A DNA stretch of 64,000 nucleotides, from positions 14,901,884 through 14,965,883 of the forward strand of contig NC_092371.1 of assembly GCF_030028105.1 (NCBI RefSeq). Reading direction: 5' to 3'. Positions 51,703-64,000 of the stretch are shown here, piece by piece. The stretch comes from Mobula birostris. Its lineage: Eukaryota. Below the pieces are notes generated by a model that saw nothing but the letters and a program-made list of their open reading frames with translations, had not been told where the DNA came from and ran no database searches. Made by a program: the position numbers and the translations under genes. How positions within the stretch are numbered: position 1 is the first letter of the stretch; every line of letters begins with the position of its first letter.

Positions 51703-53619
51703 TTGGAGCATTTTACAGCAATGGATATTTCTGAAGGTATACGAAATGATGAGCAGCCGAAATGCAATGCAAAGGATCGTTTTTTTTTTCCATCAGAACA
51801 GCGGTCAAATAAATACTTTCTGCGCGACTGGGAGGGCAAAGAGAGGAAATGATTGGGTCTGAGTGCCGGCCTGTAACTTCTGAATGAAAGGCTGGCAATG
51901 GAGAAACCCTGTATAAGGTGCGGGAGAAAATTCAGTTTTTTCGAGCACCGAATAGCTCAACCAGTATAGTCCAAAACTTGCAATGACTAGAGTTACGTCC
52001 GGATTATCTCAAAATGAATAATGAGTCTGTCAGTGCATGACATGCAACAAAACAGCATCACTTAATTATTATAAAGTATGAAAAATTATAAAAATATATT
52101 CAAAGGTTAAAGTACGAATATGTAATAAAATATACATAACCACTAGCACGTATTATTGATGTAAACATATGATATAAAAGGGGTTTCCAGTTCAGATTAT
52201 TGCCATTCAGCCTTGCACATATTTATCGCCAAATGAAACAACGTGCCTTCGTAACAAGATGCATAGCACAGTACATATAGCTCATATACAACCACGATAA
52301 CCACAAATAAAGTAACAAATAATAAGATGCATATGCGATACAATTCAAAATTAACAGTATAACGCTATTGGGGCCTCAGATGTGCTGAGAGTAGATAGTG
52401 GCTAAGAGTTTAGTAGCCTTATGGCCTGTGGTATGAAGCTATTTACCACCGTGAAAAATCTTGTCTTAATGCTCCGGCCCCGCCTGTCTGATGGTAGGAG
52501 ATCAGAAAGATTGTTGGAGAAATGGGAGGGATTGTTGAAGATGCTGAGAGCCCTGCGTTCGCAGAATCAAACTCTCCTTATAGCAGATGCTCTCTATTTC
52601 AGACAGCATCGAGCTAACCTCTTCTGCGCTTTTCCCACAGCCTCAACATCCTTCCTAAATTGAGCCGACTAGAAAGGAATGCAAAACTTCGGATTCAGTC
52701 TAGCTGTGGTTTTATTAAGCTTCAACATAATTTCCCAACTCTCTACTTTTAATTCCTGGACTAAAAAAGAATAGAATTCCATGTACCTTCTTGACCATCC
52801 TAACAACCTATGTCATCACCTTCAGAGAGATACGGATTCAACTTCAAAATAGCTCTGTACGTACACGTTGTTAATGGTCTTGTCGTTAATAGTTTACCAC
52901 CCCTTCAATCTTGATACAAAATGCAACATTTCTCGAAGAGGATAAGCCGCTCGCTCCCTAGTTATCCTCTTACTCTTGATGCATGTATAGAATGCCCTGT
53001 GGTTCTCTTTACTCCTGCTTGCCAGTGAGCTTACATGGACCCTTTTGGCCTTCCATATAGCTTTGTGTTAGTTTCTGGCTTTTTTTTATCATCTTCAAGT
53101 GGTGTATTTGATTTTTAGCCTTGTAAACTTTTCCTATTTTACTGGAATTTTTTTTTTCTTTTTCGACCAAATTTGCTGCCTGTCTCGATATCTGTGCCAA
53201 AACAGCTGTTTTGTTCCCGCTCAATGAACTCTCCGCAGTTTTTGCCTAATATTTTCCTAATTTGCTCGAATTTAATGTTATTTATACAACTTGTTCTCAT
53301 CTACGGTTATTTTAAACCTTATGGAACTGTTATGGCTATTCCTTAAATGTTCTCCAGCAAATGGTCAGTCACTTCGCCAAGCTGATTATCAAACTACAGA
53401 TCTATTATGCCTCCCTTCTTGTTGCAATATCTACAGATTGATTTAGAAACCATCATGCGTTCGCCTATCAATTTTCCCCCGTCTAAACCTCTTGCATTAA
53501 GTAGAATCCTTTATATATTAGGGAAGTTGAAGTCACCCACGACAAAAACCCTATTGCTTTTACACCATTAGGTAAGATTTGGCATCATAAAGCCAAATAT
53601 AGAGGCGATAATAGACAGA

Positions 53620-54250
53620 ATGTAACACCAAGACGTACAAGGTCAGGTGGCCCGTAGTGGAACCCTCGCGATCTTCGGGAGGGCCCTATACGAGGTGCGG
53701 TCCTATTTTCGGCAAACCGGACCCGCAGTGACTATGGATGTTGCTGTTGTTAGGCCGCAACAGAGGAATACAGGGATTTTGAGAAGTCGTGGAGTTGCGG
53801 AAGATAACAAAGAATAGAACAGGGAACAGACGTGGACAGGGAATGGAAGCGATTTCATAGTCATATGACTATGACTATGAGGAAATGGAAACGATTTCTG
53901 TAGCAACGAAACAGCTTTGGAAAAAAGGGGGCTACAGATCAGCGAGAATCGAGGCTGGAGAGTCCTAAAGAGATCGGGGGTTTTATGAGATAGATGGATT
54001 TCACAGATAACGAATGGTGTGCGAATGGACGTGCGATGCAAATGGACGGTAGTACACAGAGAGCAGTGCAGGAGCTAAATGTATTTACGTAGATAGGGAA
54101 GGCATTAAGGCTGTAGGCGTCAGATGGGGAGGAATACAGGAGGATTATAATGCCGAAAGACACTGTATTTTAGGGAGAATAAGACGTCCAGTGGCTGAAG
54201 ATTGTTATGGATGTACCGCCTAGGACTGGACAAGATTACACAGACGAGGT
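53620..54250 (-). mobile_element. Possible Penelope-like element fragment
   Basis: Weak resemblance (TIFSHWTSY, LPQLHD) to the N-terminal region of chondrichthyan Penelope ORFs, from memory. Confidence 0.3.
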
Positions 54251-54927
54251 GCTAAAGAATAATGCCGAAATCGGAAGGATATTTTTCGCCGGAGCCAGGG
54301 ATTCGGACTTCTCACTCCAAGTCATGAGACGTTCTCATTAAAAAACACAGAGGGAGCTTCTATCTGATGGAAGGGCTGGAGTAAGGCCGTGCTGCCGAAA
54401 AGGTAGAATTGAGTCGGGTTAAGTTGGGTTTGAAACGTGCTGTGGAATTAAATGGATTCGGGCTGAAACGAGATGGTTGTAACTGAAACCATTTCTACCG
54501 ATGTGAAATTCAATCTTCATTGACGAAGAGGTCTATCAGCCCCAGATTCAGGGTGTAACGGAGTGCAATAACAGCAAGGAAGCTACCTTACAATGGTCAG
54601 ATTTCTTGGTACCTTGCGTCTCCTCGTTCGTCAGGCGCAGAACTGGCTGAGTCAGAACCTTCCCTTGCCCTGAGGAAATGGAGCAGTGTCGTAGGAGTCC
54701 AACCGCGAAGAACTGTTACTGTTGTGTGCTCGAAGATGTAATTTACCATCATTTAGTAACATCAGTTCATCGCATGGGTAATTTTTCCATCGGCCGATGA
54801 AAATAGACTTGCAAATTAGAGCTCAAGATATTATACAGAACTGCGTTGTCAAATATTGGTTATCATTATTTGGAATTCTATAGGTTATGGAATAGCACAT
54901 CTGATAAAGCTATTTACAATGGCCTAA

Positions 54928-55331
54928 CCCTTACATACTGATCATATTTTATACGTTCACAGGATTTGCCCGGCACAAGAATCCCCTCATAACAAGCGTC
55001 TATACCAAATTTTGAATCACAGATCTATTTCGAAAATATAAATAGCCTATACGAAGTTAATAAATGGGTGATTAATCCTTAATTAATGTTTCAGAGATCT
55101 AAAATCCATTTCAATAGATACGGGTCAAATTTGACCGGGAACAGCCTCAACGTACAAAAATTTGTAGCACCAGGACAAAAGTATTATTTTTTAAAAATAT
55201 TTTCATTTTTGCGCATTTAGCATCCCTTTAGGAAAAGTCTTCAAATTTCGGCTAAAAAATGACATTTGGGATGTTTTTAATGCTGTCAAATATCAAAACG
55301 AGTCAAATTTGACTCGAACAGTATGTATGGG
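54928..55331. mobile_element. piggyBac-type MITE
   Basis: TIR CCCTTACATACTG / CAGTATGTATGGG; flanked by CTAA and TTAA. Confidence 0.75.
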
Positions 55332-55355
55332 TTAAAGGCTTTAATGGAGAAAGGG

Positions 55356-55365
55356 TGTGTGTCTG

Positions 55366-55413
<48 letters not shown>

Positions 55414-55440
55414 GAGGGAGAGAGGGAGGGAGCGAGAGAG
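55356..55440. repeat. (TG)n-(AG)n compound microsatellite
   Basis: Direct. Confidence 0.95.
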
Positions 55441-56021
55441 AATACCTGGAATTCTCAACGTAATAGTCACATTGGAATTAAGGATAGGGAAGCGCTGTTA
55501 GAAACAGCTGGTAGGAACTTTTGAGGATATAATTGTATCACGTGAAACAGCTTGGTTTCTATGACTGCGTAAGTCTAGGGAAGACACACTCCGATCCCGG
55601 CAAGCCAGTAAGATTGAGACGGCTCTCTCACTTCAAACCGCGGTTTGTGAGAATGCTGTGCACTTTGCTACTATGTTACAAATTAGTGTCACCAAATAAC
55701 ATAGAGTAAACGGCATACGATTAGAGGAATTATATTTATGACTCTTAACTTAACTAAAGGGCTAGCAAAGACAAACAAAAAAGGCCCATTTTAATTAAAG
55801 AATCAAATGTGCACAAGTTGGAGCTCAATGCTTCGTCATATTCACCGATCCTCGATCAATAACGCCTCTTCGCTCCAACATCTTCTCTCTTTATCTCCCG
55901 CCAAACAAAAGTCCCAAGCTCAATCTCAGTGTCCTTCACCGGAGAAACCTCCCCTCAGCTCCACCATCCTAATTAGATGGCATACAGTTTTTCCTCATCC
56001 CTTATCTTCTTCAATAGGCCG

Positions 56022-56230
56022 ACTGGTGGCGTAGTGGCATTAGCGCTGGTCCTCGGAGCGAAGGCTCCCGAGTACGAATCCAGCCGATCCCCTTGCAGGG
56101 TTTCCATCCGTACTGGGTTGAGCGTCGAGCTAGCAACTCAATCTCGTAAAAATAAGAAAGCCTGCTAAAAAAAAAAACGCCATCATGACAGAGTCCCGAT
56201 GACTTCACTCGGAGTTGAGGGTTTCCTTCT
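56022..56230 (+). mobile_element. tRNA-derived SINE
   Basis: TGGCGTAGTGG A-box, GAGTACGAATCC B-box-like, A-rich run. Confidence 0.7.
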
Positions 56231-56569
56231 TCTTCTTTATCTTCATCAATAACCCAAACAGGCTAAAAACAAAACAGACTGCTCTTATAGAAATGCTAAA
56301 TGAAATACATACAGCATAGCTGTAAAAATATGAACCAGGACATTAAACACCGAGATGGACAAACTTGGGTAAGTGGCGCACTTGAAATTTCAGAAAGTCT
56401 TGTCAAAGTTCCACAAAAATATTACTGTGTACATTTCGATTTAAGATATTAAAGATTAGCATTATTTGTTACATGCACAGCAAACCATACAGTGAAATGT
56501 TTCACTTGCGTCGAAGATATGCAGGGAGCAGCCTGCAAGTGTCACCAAGCTTACTGCACCTACTTACTA

Positions 56570-56745
56570 ATATGTCCAAGCCTTAGTAATCTTAACCTGT
56601 ATATCTTTGGACTGTTAAAGGAATCCGGAGCACTCGGGGGAGACCCACGGAGTCATTCAGAAAACGTACAAACCCCTCACAGACAGTGGTGCGAATTACG
56701 CTCCCGACTAGAACATTTAGGGCTGCGTCCTGGCAGAAATGGATG
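56570..56745 (-). mobile_element. HE1/V-SINE-like fragment
   Basis: GGAATCCGGAGCACTCGGGGGAGACCCACG core; related decayed copies near 29600 and 38130. Confidence 0.6.
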
Positions 56746-57040
56746 ATTAATTGAGACAGTTGAAACAGCAGGAATGGATGGATTTTTCTCATGGCTGCAG
56801 ACAGTAGTGAGAAGCATCTTTCCTTGGGTTTCATCTGTTCACAAAATATATCGCTGTACTGAATCGACGAGGAGACCTCATATGCATAGATAGATTTCCG
56901 TGAGTGGACAGCCATGGCAATTCAGCATGATGTGTGCAACGCAAAGTTTTAATTTCAAAAGAAGAGAGACAAATGGAAAGGCGGTTATAATTAAAATGCG
57001 TTGGATGGGAAACTTGTTGCTCAGAGAAACGTGTACTATA

Positions 57041-60000
57041 GACCATAAGACCATTAGACCATAAGACAAAGGAGCAGAAGTAGGCCATTCGGCCCATCGA
57101 GTCTGCTCCGCCATTTTATCATGAGCTGATCCATTTTCTCCGATTTAGTCCCACTCCCCTGCCTTCTCACCATAACCTTTGATGCCCTGGCTACACAGAT
57201 ACCTATCAATCTCTGCCTTAAATACACCCAATAACCTGGCCTCCACTGCTGCGCGTGGCAACAAATTCCATAGATTCACCACCCTCTGACTAAAAAAATT
57301 TCTTCGCATTTATGTTCTGAAAGGGCGCTCTTCAATCCTGAAGTCATGCCCTCTCGTACTAGACTCCCCCATCATGGGAAACAACTTTGCCACATCCACT
57401 CTGTCCATGCCTTTTAACATTCGAAATGTTTCTATGAGGTCATCCCTCATTCTTCTAAACTCCAAGGAATACAGTCCAAGAGCGGACAAACATTCCTCAT
57501 ATATTAACCCTCTCATTCCCGAAATCATTCTAGTGAATCTTCTCTGTACCCTCTCCAACGTCAGCACATCCTTTCTTAAATAAGGAGACCAAAACTGACC
57601 ACAGTACTCCAAGTGAGGTCTCACCAGCGCCTTATAGAGCCTCAACATCACATCCCTGCTCCTATACTCTATTCCTGTAGAAATGAATGTGAACATTGCA
57701 TTCGCCTTCTTCACCACCGACTCAACCTGGAGGTTAACCTTAAGAGCATCCTGTACGAGGACTCCTAAGTCCCGTTGCATCTCAGAACTTTGAATTCCTT
57801 CCCCATTTAAATAATAGTCTGCCCGTTTATTTTTTCTGCCAAAGTGCATAACCATACACTTTCCAACATTGTACTTCATTTGCCACTTCTCTGCCCATTC
57901 TTCCAATCTATCCAAGTCTCTGTGCAAACTCTCCATTTCCTCAGCACTACCGGCCCCTCCACCTATCTTCGTATCGTCCGCAAACTTAGCCACAAAGCCA
58001 TCTATTCCATAATCTAAATCGTTGATGTACAATGTAAAAAGAAGCGGCCCCAACACTGATTCCTGCGGAACACCGCTGGTAACCAGCAACCATCCAGAAA
58101 AGGATCTCTTTATTCCCATTCTCTGTTTCCTGCCAATCAGCCAACGCTCTATCCACGTATGTAACTTTCCCGTAATTCCATGGTCTCTTATCTTGTTAAG
58201 TAGCCTCATGTGTGGCACCTTGTCAAAGGCCTTCTGAAAATCCAAATATACAACATCCACTGCATCTCCCTTGTCTAGCCTACTGGTAATTTCCTCAAAA
58301 AAATGTAATAGGTTTGTCAGGCAGGATTTTCCTTTAAGGAATCCATGCTGAGTACTGACTATCTTGTCATATGCCTCCAGGAACTCTGTAACCTCATCCT
58401 TGACTATCGACTCCAACAACTTCCCAACCACGGATGTCAAGCTAACAGGTCTATAATTTCCTTTTTGCTTCCTTGCCCCCTTCTTAAATAGCAGACTGAT
58501 ATTTGCAATCTTCCAGTCCTCCGGAACCATGCCAGAATCTATAGACTTTTGAAAGATCATCGCTAATGCCTCCGCAATCGCCACAGCTACTTCCTTCAGA
58601 ACACGAGGGTGCATTCCATCTGGTCCGGGAGATTTATCTACCTTCAGCCCATTCAGCTTCCTGAGTACTTTCTCTGTCGTAATTGTGACTGCGCACACTT
58701 CTTTTCCCTGCCACCCGTGAGTGTCCGGTATACTGCTGTTTTCCTCAGTGAAGACTGATGCAAAATACTTCTTCAGTTCCTCTGCCATCTCCTCATCTCC
58801 CATTACAATTTCTCCAGCATCATTTTCTATCGGCCCTATATCTACTCTCACCTGTCTTTTACTCTTTATATACTTGAAAAAGCTTTTAGTATCCTCTTCG
58901 ATATTATTTGCTAGCTTCCTTTCATAGTTAATCTTTTTCTCTTAATGACCTTCTTGGTTTCCTTTTGTAAGGTTTTAAAAACTTCCCAATCTTCTCTCTT
59001 CCCATTAATTTTTGCTTCCTTGTATGCCCTCTCTTTTGCTTTAACTTTGGCTTTGACTTCTCTTGACAACCACAGTTGCATCCTTTTTCCACTCTAAAAT
59101 TTCTTCCTTTTTGGAATATACCTGTCTTGCACATACCTCATTTCTCGCATAAGCTCCAGCCACTGCTGCTCTGCTGTCTTTCCCGCCAGTGTCTCTTTCC
59201 AGTCAACTATGGCCAGTTCCTCTCTCATGCCACTGTAATTTCCTTTACTCCATTGAAATACCGACACATCAGATTTCGGCTTCTCTTTTTCTAATTTCAC
59301 AGTGAACTCAATCATGTTATGATCACTGCCTCCTAAGGGTTCCTTCACCTCAATCTCTCCAATCACCTCCGGTTCATTACACAATACCCAATCCAGTACA
59401 GCCGATCCCCTAGTAGGCTCAACAACAAGCTGTTCTAAAAAGCCATCTCGCAGACATTCTACAAATTCTCTCTCTTGAGATCCAGTGCTGACCTGATTTT
59501 CCCAATCTACTCGCATGTTAAAATCCTCCACAATTATCATAACACTGCCCTTCTGACAAGCCTTTTCTATTTGCAGTTGTAATTTGTAGTCCATATCCCT
59601 GCAACTGTTTGGAGGCCTATAAATAACTGCCATCAGGGTCCTTTCACCCCTGCTATTTCTTAGCTCAACCCATAAAGATTCTGCACCTTCCGATCCTATA
59701 TCACCTCTTTCTAATGATTTAATATCATTTCTTACCACTAAAGCCACGCCTCCCCCTTTGCCTACCTTCCTATCCTTCTGATACACCGTGTATCCTTGGA
59801 CGTTCAGCTCCCAGAGACATGTATCCTTTAGCCAGGTCTCAGTGATGGCCACAATATCATACCTGCCAATCTGTAGCTGTACAACAAGATCATCCACCTT
59901 ATTCCTTATGCTGCGTGCATTTAAGTACAACACCTTAAGACCAGTATTTGATACTTTTTGCTTTGATTTCACTGCAACTTTATTGCACTGCAACTCATCC

Positions 60001-60160
60001 CAATGGCTACAAATTTGCCCCATCACCTGCCTGTCTTTCCTGACATCTTTACTGCTCACTATCTTAGATTTATTTCTGTTTTCCCCTTCCTCCGCTCCAT
60101 CATTCCGGTTCCCATCCCCCTGCCAAATTAGTTTAAACCCTCCCTAACAGCTCTATTAAA
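57041..60160 (-). mobile_element. Young CR1 LINE, ORF2 (APE endonuclease 59094-60059; RT 57310-58851), frameshift between, 5' truncated
   Basis: YLNARSIRNK, AITETWL, YRPPNS; YRPVSLTS, YLDFQKAFDKVPH, GVPQESVLGP, KFADDTK; AGACCATA-repeat 3' tail at 57041-57070. Confidence 0.96.
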
Positions 60161-61585
60161 CTTTCCCTACTAGCCGCTTCCGGCAAACATGGAAGATGAC
60201 GTAGGAGCAAGGATGTATTCAGACTGTTATCTCGGATCTTGTGAGAATACGCCTGGAGTACAGTCAGCAGCCTTTGTCTTCTGACCTATGAAATGATCAG
60301 CTTGCCAAGGCACAGAGGAGTTGCAGCGAAGATTTTTCCGGACCGAATGCTGTGATGGCAGGGCTACCCCGTGTGAGACATTACGTCGACCGACTTCGTG
60401 TATTGTGACTTGCCATTTCTTTTTTCCCTCCGTGCTGTTATACCCTAGCTAGCTTTAGTTTCCAGCGACCCGATATCAACGCTCGCCTCTTTTTCACTCT
60501 TTATATGTCTGAAGGAAACATCGGGTGTCCTCTTTTATATTACTGGCCAGCTTACCGTCATATTCACTAGCTTATCTTAATACTTGCTGGTTTACCATCA
60601 TTTCCTTAATAATCCATATTAAGGAATATGGAACCAGAGAAGATAAATGGACGGGGCCCACGATTCAAGTGAAGAGCGTATCAAATGAAGTAACCGTGTT
60701 ACTTTCCCATCAGATGATGTTGTCCGGAGCGTTGAGAGGAAAGAACACAAGTTGGCTTCCGTGTCTGTCGCAAGAGGGCGTAGGAGAGCTATTTTGGGAT
60801 TTCCGGTTGCGACATTGAGAACGAGAGGCACCGGATGCCAGCGGCAAACAAAGAATTTTACAATTATAGACGTGACTAAACTTTAATCGAGTGTACTGTA
60901 AGCATGGACTAATGGAGTCTATAAATAACATGCAATGGAATATATGCAGAATTAACAACTAGACTTGCCTTTCTTTCCTTGCAGGACAATTGAACCACAC
61001 ATTTTCAGGCTGTGCACGAACTTAGAACAGAGCGAGAACTTTTCTCGAGCTTTCTGCTGCAATCATTTAGATTGCGACTAAGTTTGGAGACGGAGAGAAT
61101 ATGGAAAGGAGCGTAGGGCAAAAAGAAGCAACAGATACAGGGAACGTCGAGCTGGAGGCGATTTACGTGATTGGAGGACCTGAAGAAACCATGGATACGA
61201 GGTCAGGAGTGCGGCTGGTGAGATTTCAAGGAGGAAGAGTGGAGGGCACCAGACGAAACAACAGGTAATACAAATGGAAATTCCAGAACTACGCTTGAGA
61301 TATTAAAACCGAGAAGAAGGACAGAACTGGAGAAAGGCGAATTAAGCGTGTGTTAGATCGCCTACTTTTACATTACTTCTTTCCGGCTAATGATATTGAG
61401 AAGACCATAGCTGGAATGAGCCAGCTCTACTCCAACGGTGAAGGAGCGACTTCAGTGGCGTTATTATTATCAAACGTAGACGCACTCACTTGAAATCGGA
61501 GCGTTCCTCAGAGGTTGTGTGATCTACTGATATTTCTAGCATTTTCTGGGGTTTTTTTTCAGGTATTTGCGAAAACTATATTTAA

Positions 61586-62085
61586 CACTTACATGCTCTT
61601 CGGCTCAAATTTGACCTGTTTTGACATTTGACAACAGTAAAAACACCCGAAATGCCATTTTAGCCCAGATTTGATGACTTTCCTAAAGTGACCTAAAATG
61701 CGCAAAAATGAAAACATTTAAACATTTCATACTTTTGTACAGGTACTACAAATTTTTGTACATTGAGGCTGTTCCGGGTCAAATTTGACCCGTATCTGTT
61801 GAAATGGATATTAAATCTCTGAAAGATTAATTAAGGATTAATATACGTTGGGGCTGTTCCAGGTCCAATGTGACCCGTATCTATTGATATGGGTTTTAGA
61901 TCGCTGAAATATTAATTAAGGATTAATCACTCATTTATTAATGTCAAATAGGCTACTTATACATTCTAAATATATCTGCGGTTCAAAATTTGGTATAGAC
62001 ACTGGTTATGAGGGGATTCTTGGGCCGGGTCAAGATTGACCAGGACCATACTATGAAGGTATATAATATGAACTGTATGTAAGTG
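61586..62085. mobile_element. piggyBac-type MITE, inverted relative to the 54.9-kb copy
   Basis: TIR CACTTACAT / ATGTAAGTG with TTAA on both sides; internal sequence is the reverse complement of the 54.9-kb element. Confidence 0.8.
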
Positions 62086-62749
62086 TTAACAAATTAATAC
62101 TTGTCCTTACATTTTTTCGCGTTATATTTCATGTTCTTTGCACCTCGGATATTCGCTTATTTACTTCCCACCTTAAGTTTTAAAAAGTTCTATTTTCGTT
62201 AACCTACCTTTAGTCAATACCAATATATCACAGTAACTTTCGTAAGTTCGTGTGACATCTTACCAACTGCTATCGTAATTCAAACACGTTAAATTGTTCG
62301 TCTTTACCTCTTCTACCAATTAAAAACTCAAAATGCAGAGTTGTCAGACAATTATTCGCTTGGATTGAGGTTCGACCTTTAAAATAAGGTCGAACATTCA
62401 GAACTGAGCTGAGAGGAAATTTCGTCAACAAAATCGTAGTAAATTTCCAAAATATTCTATCCTTATGGCACTCGAGTTTTAGTATCTGCCGGGGCCGATT
62501 TTCAGATATTAGATGGAAAGACGGGTCTGGCCATTAGTAAAGGGAAATGACACCAAGGTACCAAGCTAATCATGCCCTTATTAGAAAGGAATAAGGATGT
62601 CGAATACAGTTTTGGAGGTCGAATAAAGTACGGGGACCACAAGGTTGAGAGAAGCAACTGAATGCGACTAGACGCCACCTGTTTCTTGCATACAGTTTAA
62701 GCAAACTGGTCCTCACAGCGCCTTCCACGCGTGCTGATGTATCATATAG

Positions 62750-62990
62750 CGCCCTTTGCAGTTAGACACAATCACTGACATTGAAAGCGTAAACAGGAAA
62801 CCTGAGCGCCAACTGGCACGGCGCGGGACTTTCCATTGAGCTATATTTAAGCGCAGAACTTAACTTCGGCATCTGGCCTGCCTTTCGCTTCCATTCCGAG
62901 CTCACCGATATCTAAGGCAATTTCTCTGTGCACAATTAGTAGCGAACGTGACAATGAGTTTTTTGATGGCCTGCGCCCTGATCTTCCAGG
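62750..62990 (+). promoter_or_regulatory. Immune-type promoter (FOX:ETS-like, NF-kB, TATA) plus leader MSFLMACALIFQ
   Basis: GTAAACAGGAAACC 62789-62802, GGGACTTTCC 62825-62834, TATATTTAA 62842-62850, ATG 62954. The leader is 7 nt shorter than the 7.1-kb copy. Confidence 0.55.
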
Positions 62991-63057
62991 TTACTCTTCG
63001 CCACTTCGAATTGAGGAGGAATCCTAATGCAAGATCATTAGAGCGATCGCTTTAGGG

Positions 63058-63135
63058 CAGAGGTTCCAAACGTTTTTATGTCATAGGCCCCTACCGTTAA
63101 CCGAGGGCTCTTTGAATCCCAGGTTGGAACCCCTG
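63058..63135. mobile_element. 78-bp hAT MITE with 8-bp TSD CTTTAGGG
   Basis: CAGAGGTTCC…GGAACCCCTG; TSD at 63050-63057 and 63136-63143. Confidence 0.85.
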
Positions 63136-63775
63136 CTTTAGGGAAAGATCGATTAATTTGAAATTATTACGGAATAAGCAAAGGCCGCCTTGTTCAGCAT
63201 TTCCAGAGCTTCGCGTCAGTCCACAAAATGACTCTTTCGCTGCATATAAATGGTCCTATATTTAGTTTTGGAAGAATAACAGTGTTCGCTCGACCTCAGT
63301 GGCTAGAATTTTCTATCAATGACGATCACTGGATGATTATTGCATTCCTCCTCTTCTTACTCCCTGCCCCCCAACGCCAAGGGCTTTACTTCTTTTCCGC
63401 GTGTTCTACCACGGTTATTTTAAAATGCCCTTCGCTCGCTGCAATGATCAACACTGATGTATTCTTGTCTTTGTGTCTTCCTCCATTGGTCTATCTGTCT
63501 GCCTCTCCGTCCATCTATCTATACATCTATCATCTATCTCTCTGTCGATCTATCTCTCTATAGCTATCTATATATCTATCTGCCTATCTGTCTATCTGTC
63601 TATGTCTAGTTCCACTTCTCTTACGCCGTTTCTTTATCGGTCTATCTATCCTTAAGACGTAAGTCTCAGCGGACATTAAGAACCCGAATACTTTAGTCAC
63701 CGGACTGGGCATTTTACACTGAATCCGGTCTATTTTTTATTTTTACAATAGCTGTGGTAGATTTTACCCTGATAG

Positions 63776-64000
63776 CATTCTGATGAGTTCTTTCCATTCG
63801 AAATTGTTCGCCCTCAGGACGTTTCCCTCCAAACGCAGTTGGCACAGGTCATTTCCCTTGGAAGTACCTTTAAGGTTTTATTGCCACATGGGCTGTTTAC
63901 TATTTCGGAAGGTCAATTGATACAAATGGCAGCAACAAGAACATTTACAGTACGTTTACTCCGTGATAGAGTACACACCTCCAGCATGAAGATTATCGGG
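63776..64000 (+). pseudogene. Possible degenerate V exon running off the right edge
   Basis: Open 75-codon frame EIVRPQDVSLQ…VISLGSTF…RDRVHTSSMKI downstream of the 62.9-kb leader; lacks the Cys and Trp. Confidence 0.2.

Larger units (their letters stand above)
51410..54790 (-). pseudogene. Decayed germline-joined light-chain-like L-VJ-C gene, C exon interrupted by N gap
   Basis: Octamer-like ATTTGCAA at 54809-54816. Broken leader 54747-54790 (G|GTAAAT). VJ remnant about 54266-54669 reads GQGKVLTQP…C…W…ARFKP…IPGSGEK (cf. FGSGTK). C remnant from 51827 reads VAQKVFI*P…KKTILCIA…PSEISI and ends TSMKKGDC near 51484. Confidence 0.5.

Noticed and set aside
56750-56915. Minus-strand IQYSDI tyrosine motif
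   Set aside because: In-frame stop just upstream, no intact acceptor and no associated TM exon.

Overview
Repeat-rich vertebrate DNA, most likely from a cartilaginous fish. The batoid (ray) assignment is an inference from the sigma-cart-type Ig light chain and the CR1/HE1-SINE repeat spectrum. Under the repeats lies a cluster of germline-joined (non-rearranging) antigen-receptor-like Ig-superfamily genes. One minus-strand gene appears intact (14272-20561; 7 exons, 990-nt CDS, 329 aa): leader, VJ exon, C1 exon, TM, and a cytoplasmic tail ending in the ITIM VDYGEL. It resembles the PRARP/VJC1 type. A germline-joined sigma-cart (type I) Ig light-chain pseudogene lies at 32660-35052 (+). Further decayed L-VJ-(C)-(TM) genes or promoter/leader stubs lie at about 3.5k(+), 6.9k(+), 22.1-25.9k(+), 35.3-38.5k(-), 51.4-54.8k(-) and 62.8k-end(+), and another minus-strand gene probably starts at base 18 and leaves the window. 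The rest is CR1, Rex1/Babar, RTE and R4-type LINEs, a Gypsy pol fragment, a solo LTR with TSD, piggyBac/hAT/Tc1 MITEs, tRNA-SINEs, Penelope-type repeats, microsatellites and two N gaps. All exon models were read by eye; no alignment or database search was run.
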